Assembly: GCF_964355755.1 (NCBI RefSeq)
Contig: NC_092680.1
Span: 10,416,001 to 10,480,000 of the forward strand
DNA from: Antedon mediterranea
Taxonomy: Eukaryota; Animalia; Echinodermata
Reading direction: 5' to 3'
Length of the DNA: 64,000 nucleotides
Each line of letters opens with the position of its first letter. The stretch's first letter is position 1. Positions 11,229-22,471 of the stretch are shown here, in pieces. Under the pieces are notes generated by a model that worked only from the letters and a program-made list of their open reading frames with translations, did not search any database and had not been told where the DNA came from. The position numbers and the translations under genes are program-made.

Positions 11229-11252
11229 GAAATGCTCAAATGGTCTAAAACG

Positions 11253-12246
11253 ATAAAACTTTTCACACAAAAACATCAAATTGTACAAAATAGCTTCAAA
11301 TCGCATTTGGAGACGTTTTAGACCATTTTGAGCATTTTAACAAAACTTTTTCACAGAAAACATCAAATTGTACAAAATAGCTTCAAATCCTATTTGGAGA
11401 CCTTTTAGACCACTTTGTGCATTTCTATAAAACTTTCACACAAAAACATCAAATTGTATAAAATAGCTTCAAATCGCATTTGGAGACGTTTTAGACCATT
11501 TTGAGCATTTCGATAAAACTTTTCACACAAAAACATCAAAGTGCACAAAATAGCTTAATATCGTAATTGGAGACGTTTTAGACCATTTTGTGAATTTCGA
11601 TAAAACTTTCACACAAAAACATCAAAATAGCTTCAAATCCCATTTGTAGACGTTTTAGACCATTTTGTGCATTTCGATGAAACTTGGTTACACAAAAACA
11701 TCAAAGTGCTTAAAATCACATTTGAAACCGTTTTTGGCCATTTTTAGCATTTCGATAAAACTTTTCACACAAAAACATCAAATTGTATAAAATAGCTTTC
11801 AATCGCATTTGGAGACGTTTTAGACCATTTTGAGCATTTCGACAAAACTTTTTTCACAGAAAACATCAAATTGTACAAAATAGCTTCAAATCGCATTTGG
11901 AGACGTTTTACACCATTTTGAGCATTTCGATAAAACTTTTCACACAAAAACTTAAAAGTGCACAGAATAGCTTAAAATCGTATTTGGAGAGGTTTTAGAC
12001 CATTTTGAGCATTTCGATAAAACTTTTCACACAAAACATCAAATTGTACAAAATAGTTTAAAATCGCATTTGGAGACGTTTTAGACCATTTTGAGCATTT
12101 CGATAAAACTTTTCACATAAAAACATCAAAGTGCACTAAATAGCTTAATATCGTATTTGGAGACGTTTTACACCATTTTGTGCATTTCGATGAAACTTGG
12201 TTACACAAAAACATCAAAGTGCTTAAAATCACATTTGAAACCGTTT
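11253..12246. repeat. About 86-bp tandem satellite A, left block
   Basis: The unit ...CACACAAAAACATCAAATTGTACAAAATAGCTTCAAATCGCATTTGGAGACGTTTTAGACCATTTTGAGCATTTCGATAAAACTTT recurs every about 86-87 bp. Confidence 0.95.
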
Positions 12247-12782
12247 GTGACAACTGGCTCTCACAAAAATACGAAACAAAGTTAGTGTGAAATGCCATTT
12301 TATTTGATAATGACGCAAAGTAGGGAAGCAATAAAAATTACGAGAGAATTGATCTTCCCTACGAAATGTGGGTTCACTCTCTGCCCTTAAATTACAGGTT
12401 AAACATGTATAATAATAATTGATCGAATAGAAACATAAACATTGAAATCAAAACTGTAGTTAACCCAGTAGTTTAAATTAATATAAAATAAAATATAATG
12501 ATATAATGATACATGCTTATAATGGTGGGTGCCAAAAAGGCCAGAACCCATTGCAAATGGGAGCACCCAAACAAAACCAAGAAAGAAAAAAAAAACAAGG
12601 AAATTTAAAACGAAACAGTATCATCTAACATACTACTACAGTACTTAGTTAACTACCAAACATCTATTTAATGTAAAATACCTTACTCTTGAGCCACAAG
12701 CTCATTATCAAGAGCCACAAGCTCATTATCAAGAGCCATACGCTCGGTATGTTCGGTCAAACGGCGTGTTTTATGTGGTAAA

Positions 12783-13874
12783 CTAGATTTTGAAGGAATG
12801 TATCCGTATATAGGTTTTAAAGGCATCGGAGGACCAACGCCCCATCTTTTGAATTATATGTTCTGACAGCCCAAGACCGGCGGCATGCGTAGCCGCTCCT
12901 ATTCTAAAACTATGGCCCTTATATAAATTAGTGTTTAACCCACTACAAGAAATTGCTGTCTTAATGCACGATGATATGAATTGTGGTGTCACTGGTTTAC
13001 CGTTAATGTGTTGGAATAGAAGACCGTGCGTATGACCGAAGGAATCTAAATACACCCGAAGGTGGTGTACAGGGCAAAACGCCTTATTTGTTTGTGATGT
13101 AATATTTACAATGGTCGGAGGTTTTCCCGTAGATGTCTTAGAATGGCGTAATGTTAAGTTCATACCCGTGGAAGTGAATGTAATATCATCACGTTGGAGC
13201 ACTTTTGCTTCCATACCCGAACGGGCCGCTAATTCGCCCACTCGCATGAAACCCTGAAATGCTACTAAGGAAAATGCTGACAACAGCATTCTCATTTTTC
13301 TAGACGTAACTGTAGTATCTAGGGCCCTGATTAATTTCCTAAGGATATCAATCAAAGTGTCTTTTGAATTTGCCGAAACATGCATGCCGCGGAGAGTTTT
13401 CTTAACCAGAAAAGAATCGGAAGGGTCAGGAAAGCTGTGAATTTTTTGAATGAAACAAATAGCCGAAACGTGAGAATGAATAGTGCTTGGAGCGTACCCC
13501 TTCTCAAATAAAAATGCAATAAAGTTACAGAGATGGGTTGGAAGTAGCGGTAGAGTTCTTTTATCTACCGACCACCTATTGAGTAATTCCCAACTTCGTG
13601 AATAAGCCTTACGAGATGAAGTTGACAAGGACGCTTTGATTAATTGACGAGCTGATTGTGAGTTGTCAGCACGTGAAGGCCAAAATATGTCATCTTCCCT
13701 TGTTGAAGGCCCTATGAATAAAAAGTGGATAACTATTTGTAAAAGGGGAAAAATTAAAAATAAATTAAATATAAATAAACGAGGAGGGTACGACAGATGG
13801 AATATTTTCCAACTGCCTAAAGGTTTGTAAAGCTTTGTCGATTTTGAAGCGAGATAACCAATCAGCCAGAACAT
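12783..13874 (-). CDS. Tyrosine recombinase (phage integrase family) of the Ngaro element
   Basis: Catalytic residues in FMRVGE, HSKT, YKGHSFRIGAAT and MGRWSSDAFKTY. The first about 54 codons look non-coding, so the true start is probably near 13711. Confidence 0.92.
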   Translation of the reverse strand: MFWLIGYLASKSTKLYKPLGSWKIFHLSYPPRLFIFNLFLIFPLLQIVIHFLFIGPSTREDDIFWPSRADNSQSARQLIKASLSTSSRKAYSRSWELLNRWSVDKRTLPLLPTHLCNFIAFLFEKGYAPSTIHSHVSAICFIQKIHSFPDPSDSFLVKKTLRGMHVSANSKDTLIDILRKLIRALDTTVTSRKMRMLLSAFSLVAFQGFMRVGELAARSGMEAKVLQRDDITFTSTGMNLTLRHSKTSTGKPPTIVNITSQTNKAFCPVHHLRVYLDSFGHTHGLLFQHINGKPVTPQFISSCIKTAISCSGLNTNLYKGHSFRIGAATHAAGLGLSEHIIQKMGRWSSDAFKTYIRIHSFKI

Positions 13875-15350
13875 TTTTGACCCCCTGAATGTGTTGTGAT
13901 CTAAAATGAATGTTGTGCTTTAGGCAGCAGAGTATTAATCGTCTTAGTAGACGTTGTAGCACGTTATCTCTAGCTGTTTTCTTATTTATGATATACACCA
14001 CCGCTAGATTGTCGGACTGAAATAGGATGAATTTATTTGATAGCCGATGGCCCCATACTTCGAGAGCTAAAACAATGGGAAACATTTCTTTCGCGGTGAT
14101 TGAGTGATATTGCATGTGAATTGGCCAACGAATCGCAAACCACTTTTCATTGAGAACCCCTGCGCACCCGATTGAGCCCGATGCATCAGTAAATAAATTG
14201 AGGTTTGATGAAGATAACCAAATTTCCTCTAAAATCATGGCCTTCCCATTAAAGTTATTGGCAAATTCTAACCAAGTGTTTATGTCTTCCTTGGGCTCGC
14301 TAGTTAAAGTACGGAAATCGGTGGCTAGGGGTTTTCTTGAATTAGATTGTTTTCCCGCTGTTAAATTTATTAATCGGCGTAAAAATGGGCGGCCCGGAAC
14401 GACTACACAACAAGCAAAGTTGAGGAGACCTAACAGAGATTGTAATTCTTTTAAGGTGACTTTTTGCCTAGACATAAAATAGGATAGTTTTTCCCGAATT
14501 TTTAATACTTTTTCTATAGGAAGTCTACATTTCATAGACAGTGTATCCACTTCCATCCCATATATGGTCAAGCATGTTCTTGGCGTAACCGTTTTACTGT
14601 ACTTGATCGGGACCGCTACTTGTGAACAAAGAAACATAAAATTAGTCAGGGAATTTAAACAGGTATTGGAATCGGCTTCCCCTATGAACCAAAAATCATC
14701 TAATAAATGTGATATGCCCTGGGTTTGGAACTTGTTTTGCATAATCCACGTTAATGCGTCGCTGAACAAACCAAAGCGATTACAAGAACTTGATGCCCCT
14801 ATGGGTAGGCACTTATCATAGTAAAAAACTACCTTCCCTAACCTAAAAGTCAATAATCTTTGGGTGTGATCGGGATAATCCGAAAGGCCTCTTCGATATC
14901 CGTTTTTGCCATGAGACTGCCCACCCCAAACTTTAATACTTGTTTGACAATTGTGTCTATGTTGTCGTATTGTACAATTTTTTCCCCTGTAGGAATCGTG
15001 TCATGGACGGAATTACCTTTCGGATAAGATAAATCGTGTATGATTCTAAATATACCTGGTTCCGATTTTGGAATTACACCTAACGGAGAAATTCTGAAGT
15101 TTTTAAAGGGTGGTGATGAGAACGGTCCTGCAATTCTGCCTAAGAGTACTCCCTTTTTAATAAAGTCAGTTACCGCTCCCGAGTATGTAAAACAACTTCT
15201 ATGGTTTTTAGCTGTCATAGGATTGGGTGGAGTTATCGAGCCTAATGTAAAACCATGTTTAAAGCCGGCCAAAATGGATGTGTAAATACCTTGTGGTGAA
15301 CCTGTTAAGTAAGACGTTAGGTTGTTCAGTCGAATTGGGGTTGGTAGCAA
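13765..15350 (-). pseudogene. RT/RNase H ORF of the Ngaro element, disrupted near 14850
   Basis: RT motifs SPLGVIPK, FRIIHDLSYP, KTDIEEAFRIIP, YDKCLPIG, HLLDDF and RNase H motifs LFTDASG, AKEMFP, SDN, ADWLSR. A stop plus frameshift lies at about 14835-14852. Confidence 0.92.
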
Positions 15351-16236
15351 AAGGATGGTGGTTGCCTAATTTTGTTAGGTTTTTGGCAACGAATTTTTTG
15401 GTGGTTTTCCCTGCAAATGTCGCAAGTATGTTTGAGGGTACAGGGTTTCTTTCTACAATCCTTTCCGTCGATCCAGTTCCAACAGACTCCCCGGTTTCGC
15501 GTGTTTTGAAAGGAACTCTGAAATTTACTTTGAAAACGTTTGGTTTGGGACGTGTCAGTACGTAAATAATTATAGCATTTTACGAGGAGTTCCGTATTCA
15601 AGAGCCCCCATTCTAGTGGACGAGATTGTCTGGCTTTTCGAAAGTTCAAGTCGTATCTTCGCCAGGCCCCTACCGGACCCGACGTATATATATCTAGAAT
15701 GTTAGCTATATACTTAAGCCTAGGTTGGCATGCTTCTTTCTCTTTCAATAAATATATGGATACATAAATATGCATCGCTTTCACCCAATCTAAACATTCA
15801 AGTGGTTGTTGTTGTTGGGGTGGTTCATGGTGAAGCTGTATGTTGCCATGCCTACCGACATGCCCGTTACTGTAGCTTGTTCTTTATAACTAGGAAGTAG
15901 TGAACGCAGTTCAAAAAATGTATCATTCCATATTTTATTTTTGATGGCTGCGCTGATAAATGCCCCAAGGGGGATGGCCTCTGATATATGGATATCGGGT
16001 TGAGCCAAAAGCTCCTCACCTGGAATTTGGTGGATAAATTCAGGTACTGGTGTCGTCGACACGATGTCCTTGGATACTGCGTGGCTGTCCTGAGGTTCTT
16101 TTTGACTCTCCACTTGTTGTAAGGCGTGCAGTTCTTTTGCCAGTTTGGCATAGTCAAGCGACGTCGCTACCTGTGGTGCCTTCTTTTTCTGAGGGTTTTT
16201 CCCCTTTTTTGAATTTGTTGACGTTGTTTTTGGCAT
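15326..16236 (-). pseudogene. Gag-like ORF of Ngaro copy 2 (one frameshift near 15790)
   Basis: Two track ORFs are collinear with the copy 1 gag. C-terminal Cys/His cluster CWNWIDGKDCRKKPCTLKHTCDICRENHQKIRC. Confidence 0.88.
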
Positions 16237-17048
16237 ATTGTTTCTGGACGCCTACTGGACTCCTGTAGCCCCAGCATAAAAGAAAAAAGTGTTTAAAATG
16301 ATAGGTTAATGTGAAGAATTTTCCTGAGCACATAAGATACCTATTACTGGTACCTTACAAAGGCTTGCTTACTTTAAATAAAATCGCCAAGCATTGCATG
16401 TGCAAAGAAATTAGAAATACGAGGAGACCAAATATAGCTCAGAAATATAGGTCAGATATAGTGTTGATGTAAACCACCCAACTAAGTATAGGTCGTGCAA
16501 TTCTTTAAAAACGAATGCACTGTATGAGTCATTGAGCTAGAAAAACTGTACCTCGGGCGTAAAGCAAAGTAGCAGCAAGAGTTTCAAATAGTAAGGTATC
16601 TTCCTGGACTAAAACATAGCCGGAAATAAACTGTTTCTACTTAGGCCCCAATGGGGCCCCTATATGAGAGCAAAACGAATCGTAGAAACTAAAATGCTCA
16701 AAATGAGAGCAAAAATAACCTCAAGGGCAGGGTGAAAAACTCTGCCAATAGTAGCCCGGTGTAAAAATGGTTGGCCTATATAAAAGAACAGTTGTCTAAG
16801 GCCGCCGTCATGAGCAAAAAGAAATTAAAATGAGGTTAAAAATGATCCAGGTATTAAATGTATAACATTTACGTATTGTAACTTGGCCTATAAGTGGCAC
16901 ATAAAACGTAAATAATAGAGTTTTACTTTGACAGTAAAAGAAAAATGTAAGTGGGAGACATGTGTGTTGCACACCATCCCGTCGACTTAGTATCAATAAC
17001 GATGATACAAAACAGTCGTCTATAAAGCATAATCTTAAATAATTTATG

Positions 17049-17645
17049 TTATACTGGCCTTAAAAGTTTTGTTCCATATATAAGGGCGTTCCGAACACTT
17101 CGAATGAATCGCTTCATTCCCGATAATTTGTGGACATGATCTGCAGTGCTTAAATGTACACCATCTCCTCCCACGTGAGTAAAGTCCGCCTTAAAACCGC
17201 GATGCCTCCAAAAAATCACTTTAGGATGTTCAGCGAAAAGCGATTCTAAAATATTATTCACTTTCATTATCGTAGTGTTGAACGTGGGTACGGAGTTTTT
17301 CGGTAACCTACGGATGAGCTCTCCTATTATCACTAATTTGACATCTGCCCCCAGCAATAAAAAGTCAGTGAATGCCTGATAGTGTCGTATGAAGGTTGAA
17401 ATATTACATGTTCCTATGTCATCTTCTCCTATCTGAATGTATACTATGTCGAACGATGTACGGCCCTTGAATAGAGAGGGTAGGTTCCGTACTCTGGCAC
17501 CGCCTTTGGATTTAAAGTCCAGTAAATATGTCTTATTTAGGCGCAAATGTTTGTCATCAGGAGAATTACTCACGTGTTCAGCCAAACGCCGAATAAAAGA
17601 GTGTCCGAGTATGCATACTTCGTGACGAACAGGTATCAGTTCCAT
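17049..17645 (-). CDS. SGNH/GDSL-family hydrolase encoded by the Ngaro element
   Basis: Block I ILGHSF, block II KGGA, block III IGEDD and block V DGVHL. The ORF is open (ATG at 17645, TTG at 17663). Confidence 0.88.
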   Translation of the reverse strand: MELIPVRHEVCILGHSFIRRLAEHVSNSPDDKHLRLNKTYLLDFKSKGGARVRNLPSLFKGRTSFDIVYIQIGEDDIGTCNISTFIRHYQAFTDFLLLGADVKLVIIGELIRRLPKNSVPTFNTTIMKVNNILESLFAEHPKVIFWRHRGFKADFTHVGGDGVHLSTADHVHKLSGMKRFIRSVRNALIYGTKLLRPV

Positions 17646-17848
17646 GATACTTAAAAATTGCAATTAAACGTAATACATACCCGATAAATACCCTATAAGA
17701 GGTAAAACAGCTAGTTCACGATACAATACGACTTCGTTAAAAGAAGTTAAAAGAAATTATTTTATAAAGCGAACTTAATAAATGTGATGTTTGTCCGGAG
17801 ACGGTATGAAGCGAATGTCGTTTGGTATTTTGACTCGGAAGAAATTAT

Positions 17849-18858
17849 TTTTTGGCCATTTTTAGCATTTCGATTAAACTTTCACACAAAAACATCAAAT
17901 TGTACAAAATAGCTTAATATCGTATTTGAAAACGTTTCAGACCGTTTTGAGCATTTCGATAGAACTTTTTCACATAAAATATCAAATTGTACAAAATAGT
18001 TTAAAATCGCATTTGGAGACGTTTTAGACCATTATGAGCATTTCGATAAAACTTTTCACACAAAAACATCAAAGTGCACAAAATAGCTTAATATCGTATT
18101 TGGAGATGTTTCAGACCATTTTGTGAATTTCGATGAAACTTTCACACAAAAACATCAAAGAGCACAAAATAGCTTAATATTGTATTCAAAAACGTTTTAG
18201 ACCATTTTGAGCATTTCTACAAAACTTTTTTACACAAAACAACAAAGTGTACAGAATAGCTTCATATCGCATTTGGAGACGTTTTAGACCATTTTGTGAT
18301 TTTCGAAAAAACTTGTTAACATAAAAACACCAAAGTGCTTAAACTCGCATTAGAAACCGTTTTAGACCATTTTGAGCATTTCGATAAACCTTTTCACACA
18401 AAAACATCAAAGATCACAAAATAGCTTAATATCGTATTTAAAAACGTTTTAGACCATTTTGAGCATTTCGACAAAACTTTTTCACACAAAACATCAAAGT
18501 GTTCAGAATAGCTTCAAATCGCATTTGGAGACGTTTTAGACCATTTTGTGATTTTCGAAAAAACTTGTTAACATAAAAACACCAAAGTGCTAAGAATAGC
18601 TTCAAATCGCATTTGGAGACGTTTTAGACCATTTTGTGATTTTCGAAAAAACTTGTTAACATAAAAACATCAAAGTGCACAAAATATGGTATTTAAAAAC
18701 GTTTTAGACCATTTTGAGGATTTCGACAAAAATTTTTCACACAAAACATCAAAGTGTACAGAATAGCTTCCAATCGCATTTGGAGACGTCTTAGACAATT
18801 TTGTGATTTTCGAAAAAACATGTTAACATAAAAACACCAAAGTGCTAAGAATAGCTAC
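17849..18858. repeat. About 86-bp tandem satellite A, right block
   Basis: Same unit as 11253-12246, resuming in register after the Ngaro insertion. Confidence 0.95.
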
Positions 18859-18899
18859 AGTGTTAACATCATCTTATAGAGCCATAGTCAAAAATAAAA

Positions 18900-21800
18900 A
18901 GGTATGTATGTGCATAAATGGCAATATTACAGCATACTTTTTGAATTTTAAAAAGTGGAAATTTTGGCAATTTTTCGAAAAAATTCCTATGGTTCCCAGC
19001 AGGAAAAATCTTCGCAAAAATGGCCAAATTTCAACCCTTTTATTTTTTGACATAACTAGTTACTATGGCTCTATAAGATGATGTTAACACAATATATTTG
19101 CATAAATGGAAATATTATAGCATAATTATAGAATTTTAAAAATTGGAAATTTTGGCCCTTTTTCAAAAAAATTCCTATGGTCCCCGACATTTTCGAAAAT
19201 TGGCAAAATGTTAACCCTTTTATTTTTTGACATAAGTAGTTACGATGGCTCTATAAGATGATGTTAACACAATATATGTCCATAAATGGCAAAATTATAG
19301 CATAATTATTTAATTTTAAAAAGTGGAAAATTTTTTCGATTTTCGACCCTTTTATATTTTGACATAAGTAGTTGCTATGGCTCTACAAGATGATGTCAGC
19401 ACAATATATGTGCATAAATGGCAATATTATAGCATAATTTTTGAATTTTAAAAAGTGGAAATTTTAGTCATTTTTCGAAAAAATTCCTATGTCCCCCCCC
19501 CCCACAGAAATTTTCGCAAAAATGGCCAAATTTTTACCATTTTATTTTTTGACATAACTAGTTACTATGGCTCTATAAGATGATGGTAGCACAATATATT
19601 TGTAAAAATGGCAATATTATAGCATAATTATTGAATTTTAAAAAGTGAGAATTTTGGCCATTTTTCGACCCTTTTATTTTTTTTTTACATAACTAGCTGC
19701 TATGTCTCTATAAGATGATGTTAACACAATATATTTGCATAAATGTCAATATTATAGCATAATTATTGAATTTTAAAAAGTGGAGATTTTGGAAATTTTT
19801 CGAAAAAATTCCTATGGTCCCCAGCAGGGAATTTTTAGAAAAATGGCAAAATTTTGATCCTTTTATTTTTTGACATAACTAGTTACTATGGCTCTATAAG
19901 CACAATATATTTGCATAAATGGCAATATTATAGCATAATTTTATAATTTAAAAAATTGGAAATTTTTGCCATTTTTCGAAAAAATTCCTATGGTCCCCCA
20001 GCAGGAAAATTTTCGAAAAATGGCCAAATTTTGAACCTTTTATTTTTCACATAACTTGTTACTATGGCTCTATAAGATGATGTTAGCACAATATATGCGC
20101 ATAAATGGCAATATTATAGAATTTTGAAAATGGGAAATTTGTGCCATTTTTCGAAAAAAATTTCTATGGTCCCCCGCAGAAAAATTTTCCCAAAAATGGC
20201 CAAACTTCAAACCTTTTATTAGTCGCGTGGACGCGACTCTACAGTTCACTATGTCGGTCGGTCTGTCGGTCTGTCTGTCGGTCCGGTATCACTTTGCGTT
20301 TTATCGCTTTTCTGTACTTTTTGAACTGTTTTGATGTACAGAAAAGTTTTAAAGTACATTACTTTTTGAAAGTTCATTTATTTCTGAGAGCACGCATCTT
20401 ATTGTTGTTGGCCTTGTTTTTTGACATAACGAGTTACTATGGCTCTATAAGATGATGTTAACACAATATATGTGCATAAATGGCAATATTATAGCCTAAT
20501 TATAGAATTTAAAAAGGTGGAAATTTTGGTCGTTTTTTAAAAAAATCGTATGGTCCCCCGCAGGGAAATTGTCGCAAAAATGGCGAAATTTCAAACCTTT
20601 TATTTTTTTGACATAACTAGTTACTATGGCTCTATAAGTTGATGTTTACACAACATATGTGCATAAATGGCAATATTATAGTCTAATTATTGAATTTTAA
20701 AAGGTGGAAATTTTGGTCATTTTGCGAAAAAATTCATGTGGTCCCCCGCAGGGAAATTTTCGAAAAAAAGCAAAATTTCGACCCTTTTATTTTTTGACAT
20801 AACTAGTTACTCTGGCTGTATAAGATGATGTTAGCACAATATATTTGCATAAATGGCAATATTATAGCATAATTATTGAATTTTAAAAAGTGGGAATTTT
20901 TGCCATTTTTGGAAAAAATTCCTATGGTCCACCGCAGGAAAATTTTCTAAAAATGGCCAAATTTCGACCCTTTTATTTTTTGACATAACTAGTTACTATG
21001 GCTCTATAAGATGATGTTAACACAATATATGTCCATAAATGGCAAAATTATAGCATAATTATTTAATTTTAAAAAGTGTAACATTTTTGCCATTTTCGAC
21101 CCTTTTATATTTTGACATAAGTAGTTGCTATGGCTGTATAAGATGATCTCAGCACAATATATGTGCATAAATGGCAATATTATAGCATAATTTTTGAATT
21201 TTAAAAAGTGGAAATTTTAGTCATTTTTCGAAAAAAATCCTATGGGAAATTTTCGCAAAGATGGCCAAATTTTAACACTTTTATTTTTTGACATAACTAG
21301 TTACTATGAATCTATAAGATGATGTTAGCACAATATATTTGCAAAAATGGCAATATTATAGCATAATTATTGAATTTTAAAAAGTGGGAATTTTGGCCAT
21401 TTTTCGACCCTTTTATTTTTTTGACATAACTAGCTGCTATGTCTCTATAAGATGATGTTAACACAATATATTTGCATAAATGCCAATATTATAGCATAAT
21501 TATTGAATTTTAAAAAGTGAAAATTTTGGACATTTTTCGAAACAAAATTCTATGGTCCCCCGCAGGGAAATTTTCGAAAAATGGCCAAATTTTGATCCTT
21601 TTATTTTTTGACATAACTAGTTACTATGGCTCTATAATATATGTGCATAAATGGCAATATTATAGCATAATTTTTGAATTTTAAAAAGTGAAAATTTTAG
21701 TCATTTTTCGAAAAAAATCCTATGGGAAATTTTCTCAAAGATGGCCAAATTTTAACACTTTTATTTTTTGACATAACTAGTTACTATGAATCTATAAGAT

Positions 21801-21911
21801 GATGTTAGCACAATATATTTGCAAAAATGGCAATATTATAGCATAATTATTGAATTTTAAAAAGTGGGAATTTTGGCCATTTTTCGACCCTTTTATTTTT
21901 TTGACATAACT
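18900..21911. repeat. About 180-bp (and 133-bp variant) tandem satellite B, left block
   Basis: CTATAAGATG-type anchors at 19071, 19251, 19383, 19574, 19708 and onward, with an internal palindrome in the long monomer. Confidence 0.95.
20214..20420 (+). mobile_element. Helentron-associated (HINE/DINE-1-like) non-autonomous element
   Basis: T-tract plus 5' hairpin AGTCGCGTGGACGCGACT, a (GTCG/GTCT)n microsatellite, 3' subterminal GCACGCA..., ending GGCCTTGTT in a T-run with no TSD. Confidence 0.75.
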
Positions 21912-22471
21912 CACACTCAATTCACCAGGGACAAAAAGTAGTGAGCCCTCTATCGGCAGCGAATCGTTTTTGCACACGAGACAGCGTTGACAATTACCCG
22001 GAAGCAACTTTGTTTTGAAAAGTAAATCTTAGGTTTTTGCAAACTGGCCAATTGGAACTTTTGGTTTTATTTACTAATGAATAATTCATGAAAACCTTTG
22101 AAGAGGCATCTACGAACCACGTGATATTGTTTTTTAATCGACGAACCCATTATATTTGTGTGAAACAAGGGTGAATTACACCGATGTTTTTTAAACAATT
22201 TTAGGCTATTCGAATGTTAAAATGTTGTCTAATTTGTTGACGCTGTAATAAAACAACGCATTTTTTTGAGAAGGTGGGTTTTATAGTTTCTGAATATTTG
22301 ATTTTTCAATAGTAGTTAATAAAAAAATCTCGTTGGGGTTATTTTTTATTTTTTTTTAATGGCTGCTTAAACATGTGCCTTCTTGGGTATTTCACTATTG
22401 AAAATGGAACACATGGTTGTAGCTAAAATCATTTTTTACGCCATAAGATAAAAAATGTGGTTTTGTAAATT

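Larger units (their letters stand above)
12247..17848 (-). mobile_element. Ngaro/DIRS-type tyrosine-recombinase retrotransposon copy 2 (hydrolase-gag-RT/RH-YR)
   Basis: Inserted in satellite A at GAAACCGTTT|TTGGCCATTTTTAG (compare the empty site at about 11724-11748), with only T-run overlap and no TSD. It contains all YR-retroelement ORFs, and no methyltransferase is seen between RH and YR. Confidence 0.92.

Noticed and set aside
12783-13874. Prophage integrase or bacterial contamination
   Set aside because: The recombinase overlaps an RT/RNase H ORF and follows gag, which is the DIRS/Ngaro arrangement, and it is embedded in host satellite DNA.
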